From Octopus vulgaris (lineage: Eukaryota), in NCBI GenBank assembly GCA_951406725.2, contig OX597822.1, positions 48,546,001 to 48,610,000 on the forward strand: a DNA stretch of 64,000 bases. The letters are read 5' to 3'. This document shows, one piece after another, positions 45,134 through 59,897 of the stretch. The translations under genes were made by a program, and so were the position numbers. The notes under the pieces were generated by a model, which was given only the letters and a program-made list of their open reading frames with translations, made no database searches and had not been told where the DNA came from. Each line of letters starts with the position of its first letter. Position 1 is the stretch's first letter.

Positions 45134-45287
45134 AATGAAAAATGCATTATATACTACAAAACGTACGCGTAGGACAGACACAGAAGGACCCTAATCCTTC
45201 ATCAGTTATCGATAACTGATGAAGAGTTAGGGCCCTTTTGTGCCTATCCTACGTGAACGTTTTGTAGTATTTAATGCATTTTTCATT
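45134..45287. repeat. spacerless imperfect palindrome, 77-bp arms
   Basis: Centre CATCAGTTATC|GATAACTGATG at 45210/45211. Confidence 0.9.
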
Positions 45288-45338
45288 AATGGAATAACTG
45301 AACGCCATGCATCCCCATATTTGTTAAGATATATATGT

Positions 45339-45500
45339 GGAGGCGCAATAACCCAGTGGTTAGGGCGGCGGACTCGCGGCCGTAGGATCGCGGTTTCGCT
45401 TCCCAGACCGGACGTTGTGCATGTTTATCAAGCGAAAATACCTAAAGCTCCACAATGCTCCGGCAGGAACGTGCTGTAGTCCACTCAGTTGTAAATGATT
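45339..45500 (+). mobile_element. tRNA-derived SINE family C
   Basis: GGAGGCGCAAT..CCCAGTGGTTAGGG...GGTTTCG.TTCCC; matches the reverse complement of 54370-54484. Confidence 0.75.
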
Positions 45501-46137
45501 AATTCTGTGAAGGCCTGGCGTTCCTTTTAACGTGGAGAGGGAAATGTTGTGACGTCAGTAGCTCATATGTCAAAGAAACCAGATAGCTAGCTCTCTGAGT
45601 CGTAGGACCCGAGGCTGTAATGTCCAGCTGTTGTTGTTGATGATGATGATGTTGATGATGATGACGACGATGATGAGGATAATGATGATGCGGATGATGA
45701 TGATGACGAAGACGTCGATGATGATGACGATAATAATTCTATCTCGCCATGTAGCGAGACATCGGATTGAGACATCGGATGTTAAATTCTTCCAGAGTCC
45801 TGATGTGTCATCTCTTTGTCATCCATATCTCTCCCGGCCGGTCCTAGGAACGCTGGCGACGCAATTAAAGTGAATTTCAGCGTCTTTACAAGTATTTTTT
45901 TTTTTTTCAAAATTACCTTTTCACAATATGTAATGTATTTAAATTTTTTATGGGAAAATGGTTTGCGACTTTTGTTCTGCGCAAGACATTAAACTGCATC
46001 CATTCGGGTACTGAAGGGTTTTAGGAAGTATGGACCTACTCCTTAGTCATCATTATTCTGAAGGTCATACACCTTCAAACACACAATTTGTGAACATATA
46101 TATATATATATATATAGATAGATAGATATACATACAC

Positions 46138-46231
<94 letters not shown>

Positions 46232-47069
46232 GTTTGCATTATGTACGTATGTATGCATGCATGTATGTATGTATATATGCATATATAAACACATGGATAT
46301 ACGTTTTTGCCAATACTTCAGGTTTACGCCGAGCAGAGTAATGAGTTGCGATACAAAAGATTTTGTAAAAAAATGGAAAATATTTCTATCAGTGTTCAAT
46401 GTTGTGAAAGGGCGTGGGATATAAACTTCCCGTTCTTCTACAGACGACCAGGATTTCGTTAACATCCGGTACATTCATCGAATTATATTTCGACGTTGCA
46501 ATTCTCCAGACAGATTTGTTCTCGTGATTGCATTAGCACGTTATTTCCACTCTTTTGTTTTTAAGTTTCGCGTTACTGGGATATTACATGACGTTTCTCC
46601 ACCATGCAAGTTAACGGCCTTGTTTCCTTTACGTGCAGTAGGGGTTTTCAATATCGAAATACCGCAAAGTCGGCCTCATAGATTGTTAACATATCTGAAA
46701 AAAGCTATAATATATATCTTTTCGTTAACAAGGATGTACGGTTGGAAAAACAACATTTCAACTTTAAGCTAAAACGCCATTTGGGGGGTCATCTAGATGG
46801 AATACGGAAGTTGAAGTAACAGATACAAATTAATTGTATTCAACTCTAATAATGTGTGTATGTGTGGGGGAGTATTATGAAGTTAAACGTAGAAAAGATC
46901 ATATGTATGCCGTAGGGACAGGAGTGTATAAGGGCTACTCCTCATATTATACCTAATTACAAAAGTTGGGTAATCTTTACTCTGTTGTTGCCGGTTGCAA
47001 ACATAAACTTACAAAGACATATATACCCGCCCATAGAACGTATTCACACACGCGCGCGCGCGTTTGACT

Positions 47070-47490
<421 letters not shown>

Positions 47491-47688
47491 ACAGGACTTA
47501 AAAAACGAGTACGAAATGGAAAACGAGAACATAAAAAACAAAAACATGGAAAACGAACTTTTCCTTCGAACAACGAAAGAAACAAATAGAGAAACGAGAC
47601 AGGCAACATGAAGAACATTCCCTTCATTAGTTCTCCCCTGCTTTATCTACTCCGCGTTTCGAAGATAAAATTATATATACACAAACAT

Positions 47689-47738
<50 letters not shown>

Positions 47739-48427
47739 TTATATTTTCTATCACAGGCACATACAACATACACACACACATACTGTATATATATATATTC
47801 CTATATGTATGTATATACACATAATAGTTAGACGTATATATATTATAGTCATTTATATTAATGAATACACAGGCTTATACACACATATTTCTAGTGTACT
47901 TCGAATTAAACGTGACTTTTAATATTTATAGAAGAAAATAAAAGTTATTCAATATTTTTTTACCATTTTCTCTACACTATATTTAAGTACAACATATCTG
48001 CGTTTGAATATATATACGCATGAAATTGTGTATGTATGGATAGAGAAGCTTAGAGAAGAAGAAGAAACGAAACGAAACGAAACGAATCGAATCGAATCGA
48101 CGCGAGGGCGCTCAGTCATACAAAGTGTAATATATAAAATATATGCATACATACAAATTCCTTCTTGTACTGTATTTTTGTAATTGCACAGCTTTTATAT
48201 TTTTCTTTTTTCTCTTCCACCTATTAGTGTTACTTCCCATATATTTAACGGTTTTTCGTAGAGTCTTTTGCCATTAATAACCGACGAGACGGTACCATAG
48301 CTCTTCGCTCTGGCATTCGAAACTCTGAGTACTATAATGACATCCTTTTTACTGTTTGTTCTAATTTATAACATATATAAATAATCCTCTATTTCTCTAA
48401 TATCGAGGTTTCATTTTGTTATTACAT

Positions 48428-48485
<58 letters not shown>

Positions 48486-48488
<3 letters not shown>

Positions 48489-50680
48489 TAGTTTTATTTT
48501 TATAGTGTGCTTTCACTTCACTACCGAGCGCAGCTCTGTGTGCCTTAGATATGTGCTGTGATTTGTTGTGATGCTCTGATGGTTATTGTATGGAAAGTGT
48601 TCTGCGTATGATGTGTGCAGTGCCTAGTAGTGCAATTTTCTGTATGTTATATGTGTTTGTAAGTCCTGGTGTTTTGTTATGTATTTGTCTGAATATTTTT
48701 TTATCATGCCTAATGCACCTACTATGATAGGAATTGTTTCTGTTTTTAGATTCCACATTCTGGTTACCTCTATTTCCAGGTCTTTGTTATTTGAAAGTTT
48801 CTCCATTTCTTTTAGAGACACGTTGTCATCTGCCGGTATTGGTACATCAATTTGAAAGCATTTTTTTCTTCATGGTCTCTGACAACTATATCTGGTCTGT
48901 TGGCCTTAATTTCTCTATCTGTGTGTATCGGCATATCCCAGAGTATGGTTGCTTTCTCGTTTTCTGTGACCTTTTCTAGTGTGTGCCTATACCATCTTTT
49001 TTCTGTTGTTATTCCATAATGTTGGCATAGCTTCCAGTGTATGTAGGTTCCAACTCTGTCATGTCTGTGAATATATTCCTTCTTAGCCAGGACTGGGCAG
49101 CCAGAGATAATATGATTTATTGTTTCTTGTCCATCTCCACATATTCTGCAGTTACTTGTTATATTTCTTTTCATTACATGTTTTTGGTAATTTCTGGTGG
49201 GGAGGCTTTGGTCTTGTGCTGCAATTAAAATCCCTCTGTCTCTGCTTCGAGTCCTGAGCTTCTCAACTATTGCTGGGATTTTTCTTTGTCTATTTCTTTT
49301 GCGTTTAGTTTAGTCCAGTATTTACCACGAAGGGGCTTTTCTTGCCATCGTTTTATCATGGTTCGTTGCTGTTCTATTTTTAGTTTGGATTTCATTTGTT
49401 TTATAGCTTTTTTTATTTCTTCATCATCATCATCTTCTTCTTCTTCTTCTTCTTCTTCTTCTTCTTCTTCTTCTTCTTCTTCTTCTTCTTCTTCTTCTTC
49501 TTCTTCTTCTTCTTCTTCTTCTTCTTCTTCTTCTTCTTCTTCTTCATATTTATTAGGTGGTATGATTTCTTGTTTGTATTTGTCAGCTTCCTTAAATACT
49601 GAGAACAGTTTTTTGTTTTGCTTGTGTTTTTGCCGCTATTTGTATCAGTTTTCCTTCCTTCTGAAGTAGATATTTTTGCAGTCCTATGGTGGTTATTTTA
49701 TAGTAGTTTTCCAGCTGTATAAGGCCTCGACCACCTTCTATACGTTGTATATATAGTCTTTCTATGTCAGAGTTTGGGTGATGCATCCTAGATCCTGTCA
49801 TTATTTTTCTTGTTTTCCTATCTATTTTGGTCAGTTCATTTAGTGGCCAGTTAAGGATATTGTAGCTGTAACTTATAACTGGTACAGCTAAAGTGTTAAT
49901 ACCTATTATCTTGTTTTTAGCATTGAGCTCTGTTTTTAGTATTGATCTAACTCGTCTATAATATTCTTTTTTATTTTCTCTTTCATTTGTGTGTGTTGTG
50001 TCTTATCTAGTTCATGGATTCCTAAGTATTTGTAAGTTTGGCTTTGGTCTAATTCTTTTATTTCATTGGTTTTATCTAGTGTGATGTTACTACTCTTAAT
50101 TAGTTTTCCTCTTTTCATGGTTACTTTGGCGCATTTTTCTAATCCAAATTTCATATCTATTTCTTTGGTAAATCCATGAACTGTCTTTAATAGTGTTTCC
50201 AGCTGTTTGTCATTTGCAGCGTATAGTTTTAGGTCATCCATATATAAAAGGTGGCTGATGATCGTTTTGCCGTAACATTTATATCCGTATCCAGTTCTAT
50301 TTAGCATATCAGATAGAGGTGACAGTGCCAAGCAGAAAAGGAGTGGAGAGAGCGTGTCTCCCTGGAATATTCCTCTTCTAATGGGGATGGCTTTGGTTTT
50401 CATGAGTCCCTCTTTTGTTTGGAGCTGTAGCACTGTTTGCCATTTATTCATAGAGTGCCCTATGAATTTATAATTGTTGGTGCTACTTTGTTAATGGCTA
50501 GTGTTTCGAGGATCCATGTGTGGGGGATGCTATCAAACGCCTTTTTGTAGTCGATCCAGGCCATACTGAGTCCTTTCTTCTTTCTGTGGCTGTCTTCAGT
50601 TATGGCTTTATTAATCATTAGTTGATCTTTACAGCCATATGAGCCTTTGCGGCATCCTTTCTGCTCTTCTGGAAACAGGC
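48486..50680 (-). mobile_element. longest R4/Dong-like LINE L-A copy (RT plus RLE), 5'-truncated and frameshifted
   Basis: FPEEQKGC, WIDYKKAFDSIPH, GIFQGDTLSP, HLLYMDDLKL, YKYLG, GGRGL, CCHC, RHD, RPD; 3' end in (TAA)n. Confidence 0.93.
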
Positions 50681-50731
50681 ACCACATTGACAGGTTTAAC
50701 CAAACAAATTGCCTCCAGTAGTTAGTTGTAA

Positions 50732-50852
<121 letters not shown>

Positions 50853-50944
50853 TATGCACACACACACACACACACATATATATAATATTATATATATGTA
50901 TATATATATTATTATATATACAATATGTATATAATAATATAATA

Positions 50945-50976
<32 letters not shown>

Positions 50977-51277
50977 GTATGCACATATACGCACATATAC
51001 AAATACATATATATATGTGTGTGCATATGTGTGTGTGTGCGTGTGTGTGTGTGTTTGCGTGTGTGTGTCTGTGTATATAGTTTATAGGTTAGAGACAGGT
51101 GTTCTCTAGAAATCACTTCGAAGTGCTCAGGTAGATGAGAAAATGTAATGATAAGTGAATGAAGCAAGTCGATTTGCACGGAATATTAAGTACATTTAAT
51201 ACAAAAAGAATGTACATGTGTATGGATGTAAAACAGTCCGACTCACAGAATATAAATAATATGTACAGTTTTACGAG

Positions 51278-51365
51278 TCCAACAGCTGTTTCTGGGGCTT
51301 TGTGGTCCGGAATAATGATAGTTACTTGGGTCCAATATCGGATAACTACGCCTCTGTCTTCGGGG
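51278..51365 (-). ncRNA. degenerate long-helix-II hammerhead motif
   Basis: CC CCGAAGA ... GAAA CAGCUG UU GG; helix II poorly paired. Confidence 0.35.
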
Positions 51366-51589
51366 TAGAATTTTACATTTGATGTGTTGATTATGGTAGA
51401 GTTTAAACTCCTTCTTGATTGTGACTCTTATCCAGAATTGGAAAAACTTGCATTGGCCTTACGGCAAACATCTTTGAATGTAGGTATAATCAACAAACAT
51501 ATATGTTAACAACATTTTGACAAGCGAAATACAACTCCACTATATTAATATGTCTTGGATTTAAACGACATCTTCCTTGTATCATTTAG

Positions 51590-51785
51590 CTGTTAAGTGT
51601 TTCAATCATTGGATTGGGGCCATGCTGGCACCACATTGACAGGTTTAACCAAACAAATTGCCTCCAGTAGTTAGTTGTAAAGTCTATCGATCTCTAAGGC
51701 GGAAAAGCAAGGTTACAAGAACTTAAACCAACAGCGGTTATCAAGTGACTGAGTATTGAAGCATACAATCACAAAGACACCGACA
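51590..51785 (-). mobile_element. diverged SINE A 3' half
   Basis: GTTTCAATCATT...GGCCATGCTGGCACC...GCGGTTATCAAGTG. Confidence 0.6.
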
Positions 51786-51797
51786 CGTATACACGCG

Positions 51798-51828
<31 letters not shown>

Positions 51829-52549
51829 GCGAACGCACGCACACACGCACATGATGAGGTCAAACGAGGACGAAACATGTTCAATATTGTCTCCCGTACT
51901 TACTGATATCTTACTTATTTAGCTAATGTAATGTTGTCTTTTCTTATTTCATTAGTGTTTTTAATTAACTATTTAATTATTTAACTATGCCTGCTCTAAC
52001 TGAACATAATGTTCAACGTTGTGAACGCCATGTTGAACGCCATTTCCTTCTCAGTTAATTAATATTCCAGTGAAACACACACACATATTACATATGCACA
52101 CGCACTCGCCCACACACACATACATATACTTATACACGTGTAGACATACACACACACATACACACATATACATAAACACACGCACTCGGCCACACACATA
52201 CATATACTCATGCACGTGCACTCACACACACATACACACACAAACATATACGCCTAACACACGTACTCACAACACACATATGCACACCCAAAACCACTCA
52301 CGCCTACGCACACTGGCATACACATATACGCACAGACACACATCCGAGCATACACGCTTACGCACACACAGACATACGCACTCACGCGTGCACACACACA
52401 CACACTGACAATCATATACGCGCACACACATACGCATGCTTCCCGGGCCTTCTCTAACAATTTACAAATGAAGTAATCCGAACTTATTAACAGAGTAATT
52501 AATTCTCGAATTAAATTTTTTTTTCTTTTGATTCCTTCTTCCTTATACG

Positions 52550-52914
52550 GAATCGTCATCATCATCTGCCTCCATCGTCGTCGTCGCTGTTGTCGTCATC
52601 ATCATCATTATCCTCGTCGTCATCATCGGCGTCGTCGTCATTGTCATCGTCATTATCATCATCATTATGGTCGACGTCAACCTCGTTATCATCATCATCA
52701 TCATCATCATCATCGTGTCATCATCGACGTCGTCGTCATCTTCATCATCGTTATCATCGTTATCATCATCATCATCATCATGTCATCCTCGCCGTCGTCG
52801 TCATTGTCATCGTTGTCATCGCTGTCATCTTCATCATCATCACCACCACCATCATCATCATCATCATCATCACCGCCAACATCATTATCATCATCATCAT
52901 CATCGTCATCGTCG

Positions 52915-52965
<51 letters not shown>

Positions 52966-53222
52966 ACATCAGCAACATCCTCCTGCTCGTCGTCATCATC
53001 ATCATCATCAACATCATCAACAACCTCCTGCTCGTCGTCATCATCATTATCATCAACATCATCAACAACCTCCTGCTCATCATCATCATCATCATCATCA
53101 TCGTCATCATCATCATCATCATCATCATTATCGTCGTCATCGTCATCATCATCATCATCAACATCATCATATTCATCATCGTCATCGTCGTCGTCGTCAT
53201 CATCATCATCATCGTTATCACT
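52550..53222. repeat. (CAT/CGT)n array
   Basis: Direct. Confidence 0.95.
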
Positions 53223-53764
53223 ACAAACGTCAAACTGGTCAGGTCCAGCTTCTCATACCTACCCTACAATATCATTCCGAAAATAGAATCCACGTCATTG
53301 AACTATTGAAATCCCAATGTTTCAACGTGAATAAACAAGCATTACCTTTGAAAGAGTAGTCTGAATGCTAAAGAGTTAATGTAGCTCTAGGTACACTAGG
53401 CCAGAAGATGAAGAGAAGTTAAACAATGGCAAGAGGTGCAATCTTAAATATCACTGCTCAGCGCAGTCGCTCCGTATTTTATTGAGGGCGAGTCGCTGAA
53501 GAGCAGAACCATTGATTGAAAGATGACGAGAGTATCATAGGAATATCAGTTCACCTCGTATCTTTCTTATCTCTGCTGCCGAAGAGGAGATAATCACTCC
53601 GAAATGCATGCATCCAACAGTTTGGTTAGCGAGGCTGCGAAATAATTTAGTGTATTTACATCTGTTTGTCTACAGCAAGAAACTTTCTCCATGAGGAGAA
53701 CACAGAGAGTGGCTTTCTTACGGCTTGAATTATGCCTCAAGCATATTTGAGCTGGTAACATGTT

Positions 53765-53836
<72 letters not shown>

Positions 53837-53854
53837 CACACACACACACACACA

Positions 53855-54010
53855 TGAGTAGCTGTCTGGTAAGAAGCCTGCTTCCCAACCGCATGGTTTC
53901 GGGTTCAATCCCACTGCGTGGCACCTTGGGCAGGTGTCTTCTACTATAGCCTCGGTCCGAACAAAGCCTTATGAGTGGATCCGATACACGGAAGCTAAAA
54001 GAAGCCCGTC

Positions 54011-54084
<74 letters not shown>

Positions 54085-54300
54085 CTGTGTGTCTGTCCCC
54101 CACCACCGCTTGACAGCAGGTGTTGGTATGTTTATATCCCCGTAACTTAGCGGTTCGGCTAAAGGGATAGACAGAATAAGTATTAGGCTTAAAAATAATA
54201 AAAAGTACTGGGGTCGATTTATTGGACTCAAATTCTTGAAGGCGGTGCCCCAGCTTGGCCGCACTCTAATGACTGAAACAAGTAAAAGAATAAAAGAATA
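53855..54300 (+). mobile_element. SINE family A, full length
   Basis: Head, core, microsatellite, tail. Confidence 0.9.
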
Positions 54301-54344
54301 TATATATGTATTTGTAAATATATATATATATATTAAAGAGTACA

Positions 54345-54483
54345 GCAGGGATCGCCACCGCCACCCTGTCGGAGCTTTACGTGTTTTCGCTCAATAAACA
54401 CTCACTACGCCCGGTTTGGGAATCGAAACCGCGTTCCTACGACCGCGAGTCCGCTTCCCTAACCAATGGGCCATTGCGCCTCC

Positions 54484-54484
<1 letters not shown>
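54345..54484 (-). mobile_element. tRNA-derived SINE family C
   Basis: Minus: GGAGGCGCAATGGCCCATTGGTTAGGG...GGTTTCGATTCCC. Confidence 0.75.
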
Positions 54485-54562
<78 letters not shown>

Positions 54563-55111
54563 CACACACACGTATGCATACATGTATGTATGTATGTGTG
54601 TATGTATGTATCTATCTATCTATGTACGTACGTTTGTTCGTATGAATGTATGTACGTACGTGCGTATGTATGTATGCATGTATGCATGTGTTGCAGTGGT
54701 GCAGTGTCAGTGACCAGGTTGCAGTTGGTATGACGAAAGTTTTTCACACCAAACAATAACTGTTTAAGTAAAGTTAAACGCCTTTATGTGTATTTTAATG
54801 GCTAAAATACGTCTTCCACGTCATAATTTTGTTTTTTAGTTTCAACGGCCCCAGATCGCATCGCTTTGTAAGTACACATCCGAAATTATTCACAATTTAC
54901 ATAGAGGTGCTTCTGCCGTCTTATTATTAGGCATATTTTGCATATCTGTATTACGTGATTTGCTCCGCATAATATTTATCCACATTGTCTACCAGTGCTA
55001 TTTTCTCTAAGTTGTGTAGATGTCTAAATTCTGAGATTTTGGGCCTTTATGTTCCGCATCAATTTTCTTTAAAGATCATTCCTAATTGGTCAAAGTTTCC
55101 TAACTTACTGC

Positions 55112-55590
55112 ATAACTGGTAATAAGTCTGTTTTCTAACCACATGGTTTCCGGTTCAACCCTACTGCGCGGCAGCTTGGGCAAGTATCTTTCTGCTATAA
55201 CGTCGGGTCGACCAAAACCTTATGAATTAATTTGGTAGACGGAAACTGAAAGAAACTTGTCGTATATGTATGTATGTGTGTGTGTATGTATGTATGTATG
55301 TATGTATGTATGTATGTATGTATGTATGTATGTATGTATGTATGTATGTATGTATGTATACATGTATGTATATATGTATGTATGTGTATGTGTACGCGCC
55401 CGCGCGTTTTTAGTCTCGTCTGTTCTTCAACCCTTAACAAACGGTGTTAGTTTATTAACGCCCTTGTAACTTAGCGGTTCAGTAAAAGACATTAATAGAA
55501 TAAGTACAAGACTTTAAGAAATAAGTGCCTAGGTCGATTTGCTCAACTAAAACCTTTCAAGGCCGCATATTTGCCCCAATATGACCGCAA
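55112..55590 (+). mobile_element. SINE family A
   Basis: Head, core, (TATG)n centre, tail. Confidence 0.8.
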
Positions 55591-56220
55591 GTCTAATCTA
55601 GCGCCCTCTTTAATATTCCCGTTTAAGCAATATACCTCCCTGGTTATATTTCCCCAGTCGTTTTAAATATATAATAACGTCACTGGTTTCATTAATGAAA
55701 ACATCCACACAACTTTCCATACAATCTAAGATATTGCAGTTACGATTAAGCAGTGGTTTGCTGATGAGGTCGAGCAAGAATGAAACATGTGCGGAGTTAT
55801 CACTGTAGTTTAAAAAAAAAACCGGTTCTTTCCACACACAGCATTCCATATTTAATTGATTTCACTTAAATAAAATTTCGTAGAAGCTCGTCTGTTTAAT
55901 AATTAATTGAATACATAAGTAATATTCCATTCTTGGCCTTTTCTCTCATTTATGTTCATTGTCGTCTGTTTTGATCATTAGTTCTAAACTGTGTAAAAGT
56001 CTGCGTTTCACCTAATTCTTTATATCCGTTTCTTTATCAAACATGACATTTGGGTTTTTAATTAATTTTCCTGTCTTCAAGATTGTTTTCTCACAATTTC
56101 GTAAAGTGAATTTAACCTCCATTCATCAAGTAAATGCGTGTAGCTGTCTGCAGCAGTGTTTGCTGTCGTGTATCGTCTGTATCTTGAGATCATTTTCAGA
56201 TTATCCATATACACGTGTTT

Positions 56221-56340
56221 TAGGGTTCAGTCCCACTTCGCGACGCCTTAGGTATGGGTCTTCCACTGTAGCCCGAGGCCGACCAATAACTTGTGAGTGA
56301 ATTTCGTGATAGATGGAAACTGTGTAGAATCCTTGTCACA
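56221..56340 (+). mobile_element. SINE family A 5' fragment
   Basis: GGGTTCAGTCCCAC...GGCCGACC...GATGGAAACTG. Confidence 0.65.
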
Positions 56341-56928
56341 TGTGAGCAAGATATCTGACTGATACCGACTGAAATTTCCGAATGTACCACTGTAGACTTA
56401 CACAAGCCGCTTTGTGTGATCAAGATTGTGTAGATAGCAGGGTGAGTAAAGGGCAGTGTAAAGTATTCACAACTTTGGTTGGTCGGCTACACACATCAAC
56501 ATTTTGTGAACTGCATAGTTTACCTAGATATAATACATAAACAGGGATCTGGTAACCGGAAGCTGAATGCGTCGTCCTCGGCGCTGAAAGCCTACGGCAA
56601 CCGGATACACCAACTGCCATATTTGACGGTATATAATACGCCCCCCCCACACACACACATACACTTATTTTTCAGAAGAATGTCTCAAAAATTACCCCAG
56701 GTCCCATATATGAAGTTGCTTTAAATATTACATGATTTAATAATGCATTAAAACCTCCCCACCCCCTGAATATTCACCACTGAAATTGGGGTGCGTTTAA
56801 TATGCTCGTGGGTTTGTTGTGTCTTCAAATATGGCAATTAAAAAGATGACGAAATGCCATTTCCAACGGTGCTATAAGAAATTTTTGGCTCCTTTCGAGT
56901 AAAATTGTTGTGTTATAGTAAAGAAGAC

Positions 56929-57255
56929 GTGAAGGCACATGGTTTAGTGGTTAGAGCGTAGAGCTTACGATCGTGAGGTTGTGAAGTTCGAGTCCCGAAC
57001 CGGGCTGTGTGTTGTGTTCTTGAGCAAGATACTTTATTTCACGTTATTCCAGTTAACTCAGCTGTAGAAATGAGTTGTGACATCACTGGTGCCAAGCTGT
57101 ATCGGCCTTTGCCTTTCTCTTGGATAACATCAGTGGTATGAAGAGGGGAGGCTGGTATGCATGGGCAACTGCTAGCCTTCTACAAACAATCTTGCCCTGA
57201 CTTGTGCCTCGGAGGATAACAATTCCATGGTCAGTCATGACCGAAGGGAGTCTCC
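56929..57255 (+). mobile_element. tRNA-derived SINE family D
   Basis: A box TGGTTTAGTGG, B box GTTCGAGTCCC, then TGTTGTGTTCTTGAGCAAG and CTCAGCTGTAGAAATGAG core. Confidence 0.8.
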
Positions 57256-57274
57256 TCTAGTAAAGAAGACGCAA

Positions 57275-57975
57275 TTGAAAAGATTATTGAGAGAGAGCAG
57301 CTGGTCTGCAGATCAAAAATGACTATCAGAAACAAATTTGCCAACGGTGGAAATGGTGCTGAATAATGTTTTCGATGCCGATCAGAAGGTTGTGTAGTCA
57401 GAGCTGAGATGCAACCTGTTAGACACGAACAAAAACCGTTCGATGGTTCGATGGTTCGACAAACGCAGAGGTGTTGTAATAAGACCAAAATGAGATGTTT
57501 GACGGAGCACAATGAGTGAAGGTTGTTTAATTCCAGGTAGATGTATCCAAGTTTGCAGCAGCAATTTGTCCGATAGGTTGGAGAAAATGGTGGACCAGAG
57601 ACGCTGGACATCATTACCTACATCGATGGCCTGCAGTGGTTCACAGTAGAAAAGGTAACAAGAGGCGAAACCGATAACGGCAGCTGAGATACAGTGAATA
57701 AAGAGCAGTTATACGTGATGAGTAAATCACTTGGTTTGTGGGGTCTGGCCCTACGAGCCTTGGGAATGCACAGCAAATGTTTTCACTTCTCTCTTGGCAA
57801 ACCTCTACCGCAACTGGCAACAGACCAGAAACATTCCCATCTGTGTTAGAGGAGAAGTGGTGGTGCTGCTAACGAAATACACAAACAAGAGAGACAAGGC
57901 GACACCATCGACAAATTCTAGCTCATAACTGCTGAATTCAGGACTTAAGTTTTCAATCAAGATGATCGCCAAGGT
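57275..57975 (+). mobile_element. L1/Tx1-like LINE ORF2 relic
   Basis: KS.G..G.PYE, LLANLYRNWQQTRNIP..VRGEVVVLLTK and LLN..LK remnants of the pre-RT region. Confidence 0.5.
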
Positions 57976-58094
57976 CAAATTTGCCATCCATACTTCCTGG
58001 TTCCATAAAATAAGATACCAGTCAAATACTCAGGTCCATTCAAATGACGACTACCTCCTCGCCACCACCAAAAATTATCAGACTTTATTGTTAT

Positions 58095-58324
58095 TCTTTT
58101 CACTTTTTTCAGTCGTTAAACTGCGGCCAAGCTGGAGCACCGCCTTGAAGACTTTTTAGTCGAATGAATCAACTCCAGTACTTAGCCTTTTTATTTTGGC
58201 TAGTATTTATTTTATCGTTCTTAGGCCGAACCGCTAAGTTACAGGGACGTAAACACACCGACACCGAATGTGGTGGGGGACAACACAAATACACACGCAC
58301 GCACACACACACACATACACACAC

Positions 58325-58359
<35 letters not shown>

Positions 58360-58375
58360 TGTGTGTATATATATA

Positions 58376-58434
<59 letters not shown>

Positions 58435-58443
58435 GTGTGTGTT

Positions 58444-58478
<35 letters not shown>

Positions 58479-58627
58479 GACGGGCTTCTTTCGGTTTCCG
58501 TCTTCCAAATCCACTCACAAAGCATTGATCGGTCCGAAGTTACAGCAGAAGACACTTGACTAAGGTGTCACGCATTGGAACTGAACCCGGAACCACACGG
58601 CTCTTACCACACAACCACAGCCGCGCC
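58095..58627 (-). mobile_element. SINE family A
   Basis: Reverse-complement match. Confidence 0.85.
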
Positions 58628-58767
58628 TACGTTAGGAAACACTGTAAACTTGTTCACTATTTCATGCAATCGGTGGCCGTTCATATTACAAGTTGTGGTT
58701 GATTTAATTAAGATTTCCAGGCAGGGATCCGATATTAGATACAGAAGGATTAGTACACCAGATGTAG

Positions 58768-58807
<40 letters not shown>

Positions 58808-58941
58808 TAGCAGTATTTCCTTATGTTTGGCAGCAGAAATACTCGAAATTAGGGTCTTCCTTGAGCTTCGTAGGGGTCAACAGTATGTTCTTTCAATTGT
58901 TTATTTTCCTTCTGACTCTTCCGCTGACACCTGAAGTGAAA

Positions 58942-59004
58942 TCGTCATCATCATCATCACCACCACCATCATCATCATTGTCATCACCCCCATCATCATC
59001 ACCG

Positions 59005-59084
<80 letters not shown>

Positions 59085-59860
59085 GGTATCATTAGCAGCA
59101 GCAGCAGCAGCAGTAGTAGCGCAAGTGGTAGCGGCTTCTTCTTCTTCTTCTTCTTCTTCTTCTTCTTCTTCTTCTTCTTCTTCTTCTTCTTCTTCTTCTT
59201 CTTCTTCTTCTTCTTCTTCCGCTTCTTTCTGCGGATAGAAGGAAAGGAAGTGAAAAAGAAACAGAATAAAAGACAAGGAAGGAAAGAAAAAGGAAAGGAG
59301 AATAACATGAAAGGAGGAAGAGAGAGAGAGGGAGAGAGAGAGAAAGAGGGAGAGAGAGAGAAGTAAAACATAGAAAGAAAATAGAAAGAAAGAAAGGAAG
59401 AAAAAAGGCAATGTAAAGAGAAAGTAAGAAAGAAAAGAAAGAAGGAAATATGAAGGGAGGAAGACAAACGGAGAAAAAGAAAGAAAAAGACGAATGAAAG
59501 AAAGCAGAAATAATGAATGATAAATGAATGAAAATAAGGAAGAAAGGAAACAGGAAGAGTAAAAAAAGGGAAACGAAGAAGAGAGAAAGAGAGAGATGAA
59601 TGAAGGACATAAAAATTGAATGGACGAACGATTAAATGAAAGAAGAATAAAGTGTAAAGTATGGAAGGAGAAAGAATGAAAGTAAGGAAGGAAAGAAAAC
59701 GAAAGAAAGAAGAAAAGAAAGAAACCCGGTGGACTAAGAACGAGATTAGCCAATGAAATAAAACTGGAGGACATGAATGAACGAAAGAAGGAAGGAAGGG
59801 AAGAAGAAAGGAAAGAAAGAAGGAAGGAAAGAAGGAAGGAAGGAAAGAAGGAAGGAAGGG
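58942..59860. repeat. (CAT)n, (CAG)n, (CTT)n, then GA-rich low complexity
   Basis: Direct. Confidence 0.92.
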
Positions 59861-59897
59861 ATATTCCAAGTTGTTGTTGCTGTTGTGGTTTGATTTT

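Noticed and set aside
52528-53359. His-rich and Ser-rich ORFs resembling structural proteins
   Set aside because: (CAT)n array open in all three frames; similar arrays at 26 kb and 59 kb
55610-56200. Ancient RLE-LINE RT remnant on minus
   Set aside because: Only faint motif resemblance; needs a profile search
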